A stretch of 64,000 nucleotides of DNA. Origin: Trichormus sp. ATA11-4-KO1 (GTDB lineage: Bacteria; Cyanobacteriota; Cyanobacteriia; Cyanobacteriales; Nostocaceae). Position 1 is the stretch's first letter, and the number at the start of each line of letters is the position of its first letter. Positions 47,301 to 58,248 of this stretch are shown here, one piece after another. Under the pieces are notes generated by a model, which saw only the letters and a program-made list of their open reading frames with translations, searched no databases and had not been told where the DNA came from. Position numbers and translations under genes: made by a program. Location of the stretch: the NCBI GenBank assembly GCA_019358915.1, contig JAHHIM010000004.1, forward strand, positions 64,001 through 128,000, read 5' to 3'.

Positions 47301-50016
47301 CAACTAACGCAGTATTGATAGCTTCTAGTGCTTTATTTTGCGCCCCATAAGCTTGGATTTTGATTTCATAAACTTTCACCTTCTCCAGCAAGGTTTTAGT
47401 TTGTTGCAGCACTACCTCTGTTAATCGCTCCGTTTGCTCAAAATCTCCAGCTAAGTATGCCGCCTCTGCGGCTGTCTCATATAAAGCTAGAGTTAGCTCA
47501 TATTGTGTTTTCCAGGTATCATCTGCAAGTAGTTCGATTCCTGTAGTTAAATATTTGAGCGCAGCTGGATAAGCTGTTGATGCCAAAGCCTTACGTCCAG
47601 CAACTAAATTCATCTCCGCTAGTTGATGGCGATCGCCTGAAGAAGTAATTAACGGTACTGCTATATTAAACTGATTTACCAGTTCAAAAATTCTTTCATC
47701 TCTTTCGGCAACTGAAGTATTTTTCAATAGCAGTTGCCCAATTTTCAGGTGAATTGATTGTTTTTGGTGTTGAGGAATTAAAGAATAAGCAGCTTGTTGT
47801 ACCCGGTCATGGATAAATTTATATTTAGGTAATTGAGAGTTGCTATGGGTAGATTCTCCCCTTTCCAGAGCGTTGATTTGGTCACTATTATTTTTTGCAA
47901 CTAACTTGTAGACTTCAGATTGTGGCAATATCAGTCCTTCAAGTAAAGCAGGCCATAAATCTGAGGCTGTATTTACCGCAGATTGCTCATGTACAATAGC
48001 AAGAGTTTTTAAGTCAAATTGGTTGCCAATACAGGCAGCTAGTTTCAGGACTTGCTGAGTTTGTATTGGCAATTTCATAAGTTGAATCGACATGAATTCA
48101 ACTACATCATCTGTAAGCGCTAATGCCTGAATTTTTGCTAATTCATACTGCCAACAACCCAGATTAAAGCTAAATTCAATCAATCCTTCTTTATGTAAAG
48201 CCTTAAGAAATTCATGAGTAAAGAAAGGATTACCTTTGGTTTTGGCAAACACCATTTGGGTGAGAGCAACTGAATTTTGTTCTTGACACTTCAGTGTATT
48301 GGCAATTAAACGATTTAAATCACCCTGTGTTAAAGGTGTTAGGGTGATAGTATTAACTCTGGCTCCGGTGTTTGTAATCTCCTTGAGTGCCAAATACAGT
48401 GGATGTGCTTTTGCTACTTCATTATCCCGATATGCACCAATCAGCAGCAGACTTTTCTCAGTTATGTTTTCTTTCTGGGTTTCACCTGTAAGGGGAGAAG
48501 TTAGGGCAAGATTTTGTCTGACTGTATTGATTTCGCTGATTAATAACTGGATTAATTTCAACGAAGCCGCATCTGCCCATTGCAAGTCATCTAGAAATAT
48601 CACCAAGGGATGTGCTTTCGTCATGAAGACTTGCATGAATCTCTGCAATAATAAATTGAACCGATTTTCAGCTGCATTGCCAGATAATTCGGCTACTTCT
48701 ATTTGCTTACCAATAATTAATTCGAGTTCAGGAATCACATCAACAATTACCTGACCTTGTTCACCCAATGCCGACATAATTTTAGTTCGCCACTGTTGAA
48801 TTTGGGCATCTGTTTCTAAAAGTATTTGTCCGATTAGTTCCCGAAAAGCTTGTACGAATCCTGAGAAGGGAATATCGCGTTGAAATTGGTCATATTTCCC
48901 TTTAATGAAATAACTATGTTGCCGGACAATGGGTTTGTGAATTTCGTTGACTACTGCTGTTTTACCAATCCCAGAAAATCCTGCCACGAGGATCATTTCT
49001 GTTGTACCGCTACTAACGCGTTCAAAAGCGGCAAGTAATTTTTCTACTTCTGTTTGGCGGCCATAGAGTTTTTCAGGAATCAAGAAACGATCAGAAATAT
49101 CTTTTTGTGCTAACTCGAAGGTGATGATATTTCCTGTTTGTTGCCACTGTTTTTGGCATTCTTCTAGGTCATGTCTCAGTCCGTAGGCGCTTTGATAACG
49201 GTCTTCGGCATTTTTTGCCATCAGCTTAGTGATGATTAAAGACAGTATTGGCGCAATCTTGGGGTTAATCTGGCTGACTGTTGGTGGCTGTTTGGCAATG
49301 TGACAGTAGACTAACTCCATCATGTCTGTGGTGGTGAAGGGTAACTGTCCGGTGAGGAGTTCAAAAAAGGTGACACCCAAGGAATAAAAGTCACTGCGAT
49401 AATCGATACCTCGGTTCATCCGTCCTGTTTGTTCGGGAGAAATATAAGCTAATGTCCCTTCTAAGACGTTGGGATTGGTGAGGAATTGAATTTCTCTCGG
49501 TAGCAGAGTTGCAATACTGAAGTCGATGAGTCTGACCTCAAAAGTGCTAGGGTGAATTACGATATTGGCGGGTTTGATATCTTTGTGTATGATGCGATCG
49601 CGATGCAGTTTTTCTAGGGTAGATACTATTTCTAGGGCAATGTGAAAAAACTCTCTGAGCGCTAAACCATTTGCTTGTTTGTGCTTTTTCCCCAGTCCCC
49701 AATCTCTGAGCGATATACCGCCAAAGTCTTCCATCACCAAAGCATAGCCGTTGCGGTAGTTTTCTAAGCTGAGGGGTTTGACTATGCCAGGAATATCCAG
49801 GTTTTTGGTGATAGTATACTGATTACGGAACTGGGCAATTTCAGCGAATGTGGGGTATTCGTTCCGTATCAGTTTGATGATGACACTTTTTTGGTCTTGT
49901 TCTCTGATGCCTCGATAAACTAGGGTTTTGCTGCCTGAGTAGATTTGCTCGGTAATGCGATATCCGGGAATAATCAAAGTAGGATCGGATAATACTAACA
50001 TTGCAGCGACGCTCAC
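44383..50016 (-). CDS. HstK-type trifunctional Ser/Thr kinase, AAA ATPase, GAF, histidine kinase
   Basis: HKDIKPAN, YISPEQTGRMNR, GFSGIGKT, FLDDLQW, GAF motif YLENN, AHEINNP, GTGLGL. Confidence 0.95.
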   Translation of the reverse strand: MSVAAMLVLSDPTLIIPGYRITEQIYSGSKTLVYRGIREQDQKSVIIKLIRNEYPTFAEIAQFRNQYTITKNLDIPGIVKPLSLENYRNGYALVMEDFGGISLRDWGLGKKHKQANGLALREFFHIALEIVSTLEKLHRDRIIHKDIKPANIVIHPSTFEVRLIDFSIATLLPREIQFLTNPNVLEGTLAYISPEQTGRMNRGIDYRSDFYSLGVTFFELLTGQLPFTTTDMMELVYCHIAKQPPTVSQINPKIAPILSLIITKLMAKNAEDRYQSAYGLRHDLEECQKQWQQTGNIITFELAQKDISDRFLIPEKLYGRQTEVEKLLAAFERVSSGTTEMILVAGFSGIGKTAVVNEIHKPIVRQHSYFIKGKYDQFQRDIPFSGFVQAFRELIGQILLETDAQIQQWRTKIMSALGEQGQVIVDVIPELELIIGKQIEVAELSGNAAENRFNLLLQRFMQVFMTKAHPLVIFLDDLQWADAASLKLIQLLISEINTVRQNLALTSPLTGETQKENITEKSLLLIGAYRDNEVAKAHPLYLALKEITNTGARVNTITLTPLTQGDLNRLIANTLKCQEQNSVALTQMVFAKTKGNPFFTHEFLKALHKEGLIEFSFNLGCWQYELAKIQALALTDDVVEFMSIQLMKLPIQTQQVLKLAACIGNQFDLKTLAIVHEQSAVNTASDLWPALLEGLILPQSEVYKLVAKNNSDQINALERGESTHSNSQLPKYKFIHDRVQQAAYSLIPQHQKQSIHLKIGQLLLKNTSVAERDERIFELVNQFNIAVPLITSSGDRHQLAEMNLVAGRKALASTAYPAALKYLTTGIELLADDTWKTQYELTLALYETAAEAAYLAGDFEQTERLTEVVLQQTKTLLEKVKVYEIKIQAYGAQNKALEAINTALVVLKLLGVEFPENPNQSDIQFELEKITSALVNRNIEELIDFSEMTEIQPLAIMRILSSGIVFAYQSNPNLFLLITLKQISLSIQYGNAPLSAYAYVVYGLILCDMMEDIESGYKFGNLAAKLLIKFNAKEVIAKVLHTINAHIRHLKEHIKQTLKPFLKAYSAGLETGDLEFAAYSINAYCYALYFVGKNLIELKQEMVNYSNAIIQIKQVRVWHWNEIYRQTVLNLLGNVDKPYCLVGEAYDEEKKLPLHLEANDGVAILILYFCKLQLCYLFANYSQAVENAAIAENYLYAGIGMLVTPQFYLYDSLARLALYPNIEESKQQHILQKVAANQQKIQHWAHHAPMNNLHKYYLVEAELYRILGQNLQAMDNYDRAITLAKENEYINEEALAHELAAKFYLEWNKQKIAQIYLTDAYYCYVRWGAKAKVDDLQKRYPQLLAPIIQQEQLKLPHRDKITTESSISLSSPITHETVVSSNTSISQMLDLASVMKASQALSGEIELEQLLSTLMAVVMENAGASKSALILSESDRLGLTVTAVSSSSTLTSISTSFPSIHLESSCDVPITLINNVKRTREIFVIDDAKIAAFLAGDRYIIREQPKSVLCIPIINQGKLLGILYLENNLTTGAFTGDRVEVLKLLTTQAAISLENALLYKNLAQANQYLEEYNHTLEEKVEQRTQELNEKNQRLEQALLELQSTQSQLIQSEKMSSLGEMVAGIAHEINNPINFIHGNITHASEYVQDLLDLIAIYQQEYPNPSDVVQDKVLEIDVDFLAEDLPKILDSMKVGSSRIRNIVLGLRNFSRLDEAEMKPVDIHEGIDNTLMILQHRLKAKSDRPEIEVIKEYAQLPQVSCYAGQLNQVFMNILSNAIDALEESIINSKIINKPQIRICTELKDSNTLRIRIADNGRGMNAKVCQKIFDPFFTTKPIGSGTGLGLSISYQVVVDKHKGQLTCDSTPGKGTEFVIEIPMQQ

Positions 50017-50130
50017 AGATATTGTTTCTTCGCCTTAGTATTCCCCTGACACCAGTGCTAAATATCACATTAAATTCCAAAAAATTTATATTTTGCATCT
50101 GCTCAAACTTCCACCAAGAAATTGATTTCT

Positions 50131-50173
50131 TGGCTGCATAGCAAAAGTCCTATAAACTTTTGCTATGCAGCCA
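50131..50173. promoter_or_regulatory. Perfect inverted repeat with 18-bp arms upstream of the HstK kinase
   Basis: TGGCTGCATAGCAAAAGT-CCTATAA-ACTTTTGCTATGCAGCCA. The structure is clear; the function is inferred. Confidence 0.6.
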
Positions 50174-50294
50174 TATGTTTCTAACATCAGGCGGTCTTTA
50201 AAGCTGGTGCAAGATCGAAGCCTCTGACCAGCGCGGCTACGCGTTAGCAACAAATGGAAGAAACATATTTTTCTAGAAATTCTAAAACTGTTGA

Positions 50295-50429
50295 TATAAG
50301 TAGGTAGGCACAAATAAAATCAACTATGTAAAGAAAAATGAATCAGCTTAAAACCCTCTTCCCTTCTGCCTCCTGCCTTCTGCCTTCTGCCTTATCCTAG
50401 CGATAAATTTTCCCACCCACCTACTTATA
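50295..50429. mobile_element. MITE-like element containing TTCTGCC heptamers
   Basis: Terminal inverted repeats TATAAGTAGGTAGG and CCCACCTACTTATA. Confidence 0.7.
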
Positions 50430-50627
50430 AGGGTTACAAAATGTACATCTTAGGAAAAATAGCTTATTGAGTAATCAGCCCATACGGTTCAGTTAACAAG
50501 AAATGTAGCGACTGTCTCATTATTTTCGGAAATTGGTATGAGTAAGCAAAACATGGATTTTTGGCAATTTGGCAGACATCCAGTTTTCCACAATGGTATT
50601 TTTTGTATTGTGCAAGGGGTGTAGCAG

Positions 50628-50661
50628 AAGTTGCCTAGACTAATCAGTCGGGGCAACTTTT
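50628..50661 (+). terminator. Orphan terminator-like hairpin
   Basis: AAGTTGCCTAGACT-AATC-AGTCGGGGCAACTT followed by TTT; no adjacent ORF. Confidence 0.5.
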
Positions 50662-50940
50662 GCAATTTTTATAGATAAAGGCTTTTGGTAATAGCTAATA
50701 TATTTTGACTTTTAAGCTTTAAGGCAATCATTACACTATTCTTCGAGAACTTTACGTTCAAAAGGTGTTTGTAAAGTATCCATTCATCGAAAGCGACGGG
50801 AAACTCAATCGAATCGTGGGTGGAGAGGGATAGTCGCCCCGTCGCTTGGGGCATAGGGCATTGGTGATCTCTTCCCCATGCCCCATGCCCAATTCCCAAT
50901 GCCCAAAAACTCAATCGAATTGTGGGTGGAGTTTTTCATA

Positions 50941-51050
50941 CTACAGCAATCCTAGATAAGTTGTAAAAATTATTTTTTAACCGTGCGCGCAGCGCATACT
51001 GCAGAGGACAATCAAGAGAAGTTTTTACGAATGATTTAGTACTGCTATAG
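50941..51050. mobile_element. Degenerate MITE-like element
   Basis: Left end CTACAGCAATCCTAGATAAGTTGTAAAAA versus reverse complement of the right end CTATAGCAGTACTAAATCATTCGTAAAAA. Confidence 0.6.
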
Positions 51051-51162
51051 TCCTGCAGACTGGAAGTCGCGACTATAGGTTTTGATTAAATACGCTTGAG
51101 TATATTAGTATTCTAAAATGACACATTACTTTCTCGGCGTAGAGTTTTTGAGAGGATAATTC

Positions 51163-51369
51163 ATGACCATTTGGGTAAATGAGCAAATTGATCCGTCTGG
51201 CATGATTTATGCCTGTATAGCCTGTTGTAATGAGTCTCAAGCTAAAGATTGTCATGATTCCTTCCAAGAAAACTTGACCGACATCCAAAAGAGAGACGGT
51301 TGGGTAGCGCGCTTGCGTATAGTGAATTCTTGGGATGAAGTTCCAGTTAATGCTCTCAAACTTGATTAA
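51163..51369 (+). CDS. Small Cys-rich protein of unknown function
   Basis: GAGGA RBS; MTIWVNEQIDPSG..CIACC...DCH..VPVNALKL. Confidence 0.8.
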   Translation: MTIWVNEQIDPSGMIYACIACCNESQAKDCHDSFQENLTDIQKRDGWVARLRIVNSWDEVPVNALKLD

Positions 51370-51596
51370 TTTAGTCAGTAATTTGACAAAATATAAATAA
51401 TACTATGAGAAGGAAATTAAACTGAGCTAAGCTCATCTTCATGTGATTACCAGTGCGACGAGCGATAGTTGGCTGCCAGTCAGCAGAAATAAATCCTTAT
51501 TTTGATTGTTAGCAACAATACTTTTCAAACATCCTCTTCAGATAACCAATTATCCTCTAGGCTAGGATCTTAGTACTACCTGTGCTTTGGCAACCC

Positions 51597-52004
51597 ATGA
51601 CCATGAATGGATCAAACCGATTAGCTAAAAAATCCTTGCCTACATCCCAGCAAGCAGAAAATTCTCACAGTCATAATACAGACTACGAGTATACAGATGA
51701 TACTCATGGACAGGGAAAATCGGCTCATCCTCACGTTCATAGTGAAGAGTCTTTACGGCGAATTGTTAATCGGCTGTCACGGATAGAAGGTCATGTTCGC
51801 GGTATTAAGACAATGGTGCAGCAAAATAGCCCTTGTCCTGATGTTTTATTACAGATTGCAGCCGTGCGAGGCGCGTTGGATAGGGTAGCAAGAATTGTTT
51901 TGGATGAACATTTAACAGAGTGTATTGCTAGAGCGGCTCAAGAAGGCAATATGGAAGTGGAAATTGAACAGTTAAAAGCAGCTTTAGATCGGTTTTTGCC
52001 CTAG
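51597..52004 (+). CDS. CsoR/RcnR-family metal-sensing repressor (InrS-like) with His-rich N-terminus
   Basis: HPHVH, NRLSRIEGHVRGI, CPDVLLQIAAVRGAL, EHLTEC. Confidence 0.9.
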   Translation: MTMNGSNRLAKKSLPTSQQAENSHSHNTDYEYTDDTHGQGKSAHPHVHSEESLRRIVNRLSRIEGHVRGIKTMVQQNSPCPDVLLQIAAVRGALDRVARIVLDEHLTECIARAAQEGNMEVEIEQLKAALDRFLP

Positions 52005-52077
52005 ATGGGGATAAGGGGATAGGGGGATGGGGGGACAAGGAGACAAGGGGATAAGAACAAAATACTCCCTTACTCCC

Positions 52078-52250
52078 CAGGGCTGTTTCATTCGCTTGTG
52101 TTGGAGATTTGTCAAGAGGATAATCTCACGCAAAGGCGCAAAGACGCAAAGAAAAATCAGGTATTTCGGACTGAAGATGCCAAAATTTTCGGTCTTAATT
52201 GTGGATTTGCCCTTGCAATTTTAACCCTTTTAGGGAACGAATCAGCCCTG
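52078..52250. mobile_element. 173-bp MITE with 16-bp TIRs and an 11-bp flanking direct repeat
   Basis: CAGGGCTGTTTCATTC...GAACGAATCAGCCCTG (14/16 match); CCCTTACTCCC at 52067-52077 and 52251-52261. Confidence 0.85.
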
Positions 52251-52275
52251 CCCTTACTCCCTACTCCCTACTTAC

Positions 52276-53406
52276 CTAATAAGAACAAGCGATCGCTAGT
52301 TCGGCATGTTGCAGTAGTGTATTCTTGTCAAGAGCATGGATGATATATTGAGGCGTGACTGCTAGTAGTTTCTCAATTCTGTTTCTCGCTGCTGCTACTA
52401 CTGATTCATCCAAGTTTCCCTGGCTGAGAGAATTGGCAAAATCTTCAGCTATCTGATAGGTACGTTCAATAGATGAAGAATTGATATTACGCGAGACAAT
52501 AAACAAGTCACAACCAGCAGAAAACGCTCTTGCTATAGTCCCACTCTCTTTAAACATATTTGAGACAGCTTTCATATCTAAGTCATCAGAGACAACTACT
52601 CCCTGAAAACCCATTTCTTCCCGGAGTATGCTCTTGAGGATAGCTGGGGAAAGTGTCGCCGGTAATTGAGGGTCGATTTTGGGAAATAGGATATGAGCTG
52701 TCATGATCAAAGGTACTTGTTCCTCAATCAGCGCTTTAAACGGGATGAGTTCGCGAATTCGCAAGTCTTCTGGAGTGAGATTAAGTATTGGTAGCTCAAT
52801 GTGAGAATCTTGGCTTGTGTCTCCATGTCCGGGGAAGTGTTTAGCACATCCCAAAATTCCCGACTCTTGAAGTCCCAGGTAATATTCACGAACGCCTTGT
52901 GCAGCAGTTTCAGGAGTCCTACCAAAAGCACGAGGCCCAATGATGGGATTTTGGGGATGGGAAAAAATATCTGCTACAGGTGCCCATGATACATTTATGC
53001 CCAGGGATTTGAGTTCTAAGGCGGTAGCTTTTGCTACTTCGCGTGCGTGCGATGGACTTCGTCCCGCCTCTCCTACGGAACGCTCCGCGAACGGCGGTCG
53101 CAACAGTAAAGCATGGGGAAAGCGAGTAATTGGTAAAGGTGTCCGAATTACACGTCCCCCTTCGTGGTCTAAAGTCATGAACATTAAGTTACGTTCAGCA
53201 TATTGTCTGATTTGGTCGTTCAAATCCTTGAAGCTTTCCAACCAAACTTCATAGGGAGTACCATCCAGAAAATTTTTAGCGAAAAATATTACCCCAACTG
53301 GTTTTAATTCATTGAGCGTCCGTTTATCGTCATCGCTTAATGTAGTACCAGATATCCCAAGTATTAAGTGGTGTCCAAAGCGCTCTAACTCTTGTGCAAC
53401 TGCCAT
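52276..53406 (-). CDS. nagZ: Beta-N-acetylhexosaminidase (GH3, NagZ-like) with a 15-aa repeat-derived insertion
   Basis: LDHEGGRV, WAPVAD, KHFPGHGDT..DSH, MTAH, SDDLDM. Confidence 0.88.
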   Translation of the reverse strand: MAVAQELERFGHHLILGISGTTLSDDDKRTLNELKPVGVIFFAKNFLDGTPYEVWLESFKDLNDQIRQYAERNLMFMTLDHEGGRVIRTPLPITRFPHALLLRPPFAERSVGEAGRSPSHAREVAKATALELKSLGINVSWAPVADIFSHPQNPIIGPRAFGRTPETAAQGVREYYLGLQESGILGCAKHFPGHGDTSQDSHIELPILNLTPEDLRIRELIPFKALIEEQVPLIMTAHILFPKIDPQLPATLSPAILKSILREEMGFQGVVVSDDLDMKAVSNMFKESGTIARAFSAGCDLFIVSRNINSSSIERTYQIAEDFANSLSQGNLDESVVAAARNRIEKLLAVTPQYIIHALDKNTLLQHAELAIACSY

Positions 53407-53963
53407 AGTGATTTACCTAAGGTTATGTAACAAAACAACTGGGATTTTCAAGTCGAAGAAAATCAACTTTTATCCCATACTTTTATACCAATTACCAAAA
53501 TATTGCCAACAACTAAATCTGCTAAAGGGTTGTATATCTGTATTTTCCTAACCATGTATTTGTCTTGGTTATTTTGTTATATGCTATTAAATAGCTTAAG
53601 TAATAAGGTTCAAAAATTTAGATTTTTTCTCAGTATTTGGTTAATCAGCAGGTGATTTATTGTTGCTAGCAATATCAAAGAATTAATTTCTCTGGGAGAT
53701 TTTTTTTAGTTTTCACTATCAGAAAAATTAACTTTAAGTGATTTTTTCTCTTTTGAAATATAAAGAAATCACTTTAAATCTTTAAAAAAATCTCTTACAT
53801 AAAAAGAAATTATAAACTTACTGTAATTCAGTCAATTTCTTAACCTTCATAACATAAAATTTTAATCAAGCAAGTACGCGTTTAAACTTACGCACTTACG
53901 AAGTCGTTTTCCAACACAAGCATTGATACCATTGCATCTTGCTATTTCAAGCTCAGGCGGCTT

Positions 53964-54920
53964 ATGTTTAAAGATTTGTTCAATAACTATCTGGAAAGAG
54001 ACTTTACAAAGTTTTACAATTGCTGTTATGAAAATTACAAAGGGCTAACTAAAAATCCTAGATGGCTCTTAATGCGTAAAGTTGCGCGCTTTCAGATGGG
54101 GAGAAACTTGATAATGTTTTTCTCTAAAGGCTCAACTAAATCATATTTACCATTGATTAATGAAAGTACTTCTTGCTTTGAAAGTGTGAGTGTAGATGCA
54201 GTTGTTAACGAATTAACAATATCAGGATTATGTTTAGATATAAATCTACCTGCAAATGTCGTTGAAGAAATAGTTAATTTTGCTCAAGCAAATGTTTGTT
54301 ATGGTAATCGAAAACCTGATTTGGGTTTTTATTATCATCAAAAAGAGCAAGCAGAACATAAATCTGGTAAGCACTTTTTCATGGGTAGTTATTTCAACAC
54401 GGCTTTGCTTTGCCCCGCAATTAAAAAACTGCAACATGATCCAAAAATATTAGCGATCGCCGCCAAATACTTAGATGCTCAACCAGTACACCAAGGTAAT
54501 CAGTTGTGGTGGAGTTTTGCAGGCAAAACAACATATCTGGAAAAGAGTCAAGCTGCTCAATTATTTCACTACGACATAGATGATTATCGCTTTATAAAAT
54601 TTTTCTTTTATTTAACTGATGTCGACGAGCAGAGTGGCCCTCATGCTTGTGTGCGTGGTAGTCATAAAAAGAAGAAAATTTCCCATATTTGGTTACATCA
54701 ACGGGAAACAGACCAAGATATCATCGATTATTATGGACGGGAATCTTTAGCAGTCATTTGTGGGAAAGCTGGTTTGGGATTTGTAGAAGATCCATTTTGC
54801 TTCCATAAAGGCATAACTCCTACTCATAGAGACCGCTTAATATTACAAATGGAATTTGCTACAACTGATTATCAAATGCAGCATGATCTCAAAGATCCTT
54901 CTTTATTGAAATGTATTTAG
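53964..54920 (+). CDS. PhyH-like 2OG-Fe(II) oxygenase family protein
   Basis: FHYDID (HxD), KFFFYLTDV, GPH..RGSH, FHKG..R. Confidence 0.75.
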   Translation: MFKDLFNNYLERDFTKFYNCCYENYKGLTKNPRWLLMRKVARFQMGRNLIMFFSKGSTKSYLPLINESTSCFESVSVDAVVNELTISGLCLDINLPANVVEEIVNFAQANVCYGNRKPDLGFYYHQKEQAEHKSGKHFFMGSYFNTALLCPAIKKLQHDPKILAIAAKYLDAQPVHQGNQLWWSFAGKTTYLEKSQAAQLFHYDIDDYRFIKFFFYLTDVDEQSGPHACVRGSHKKKKISHIWLHQRETDQDIIDYYGRESLAVICGKAGLGFVEDPFCFHKGITPTHRDRLILQMEFATTDYQMQHDLKDPSLLKCI

Positions 54921-54992
54921 TAGCTTGAATGCGGAAATAAACAGACCGTTCCAAATTAATGAAACGCTTACGCTGTATTCATTTTGAATTTT

Positions 54993-55035
54993 GTAAAGCC
55001 CTGGCGGGCATGGCTGCGCTTACCGCGTAGCGTGC
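54993..55035. repeat. SDR-like repeat inserted in a TTTTGAA heptamer tract
   Basis: GTAAAGCCCTGGCGGGCATGGCTGCGCTTACCGCG nearly matches 5399-5433; flanked by TTTTGAA units. Confidence 0.75.
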
Positions 55036-55149
55036 CTTGGGCTGCTATTTTGAATTTTGAATTCCGCCTTACGGTACTAGTGCCTGTGGATCTAGGTAAA
55101 ATTTCCTCCTAGAGAAGTTTTTAGATCAGCGATCGCCCAACGACTGCCA

Positions 55150-55174
55150 AATGTAACGGATTGCAACGTATAAT
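55150..55174 (+). promoter_or_regulatory. Putative HLR1 (RpaB) site next to the -10 box of crtP-crtB
   Basis: Minus strand reads GTTGCAAT-CC-GTTACATT (HLR1 consensus with one mismatch); TATAAT at 55169-55174. Confidence 0.55.
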
Positions 55175-55221
55175 GAGAACGGCAAAACGATAAAGAAATT
55201 ATTTAAAGGCAGTAAGTTTAA

Positions 55222-57577
<2,356 letters not shown>

Positions 57578-57642
57578 TTCAGATCAACGGTCAGTAGTCA
57601 TCGGTAGCTCAGACAACATAACTGACAATTGACAACTGACTG

Positions 57643-57671
57643 TTGACCAAACCCAAAAAATCTGCTAACAT
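57643..57671 (+). promoter_or_regulatory. Sigma70-type promoter of tRNA-Ser
   Basis: TTGACC, 17-bp spacer, TAACAT with an extended TG. Confidence 0.6.
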
Positions 57672-57690
57672 TCTTATTCGTGACCCAATT

Positions 57691-57782
57691 GGAGAGGTGG
57701 CTGAGTGGTCGAAAGCGACAGATTGCTAATCTGTTGTACGGCAGGTAACTCCGTACCGAGGGTTCGAATCCCTCCCTCTCCG
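57691..57782 (+). tRNA. trnS: tRNA-Ser(GCU), CCA not encoded
   Basis: Acceptor stem GGAGAGG/CCTCTCC; anticodon arm ACAGA-TTGCTAA-TCTGT; long variable arm; GGTTCGAATCC T-arm. Confidence 0.97.
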
Positions 57783-58248
57783 TTTTAATATTATGTATAG
57801 GTAAGTAATTCAGTTCCTATCCTAGTTTTCAGCCAACATTAGCATCATAGATACTGAAAACCTCTATAGTTTTTTCTTATTAATTAAATTAAATTGCAGA
57901 AACTTGATCTCAGTGTCCAATAATCAAGATAGATAAAAACTATCTCTAGGACATAATCATGAATAAGTTTTATAAATTACTCATGGCCACTACAGCCATG
58001 CGAATTAGGTTGACAACTAGAATAAAATGCTCTCAGTGTAAATTAGGTTAATAGCGATCTCCTAGAGTTAGTGGATTTATCAGTAATAAATTATCCAGAT
58101 AAACTAACCTCAGAGACACGAAGGACGTAAAGCAATAAGGAACTATGAAACTCCCTATTCTCTAGCATCAACATTCGATATCCTTTAAACAACCGCAACC
58201 ATGGGCAAATTAATTTTTGAGGATTAGCCCTTTCAGGGTATTGTATAA

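Noticed and set aside
50801..50931. Two 25-bp repeats as a mini CRISPR array
   Set aside because: Only two copies, an 81-bp spacer made largely of STRR sequence, and no cas genes.
52027..52343. Short plus-strand ORFs after csoR
   Set aside because: They are translations of STRR and MITE sequence.
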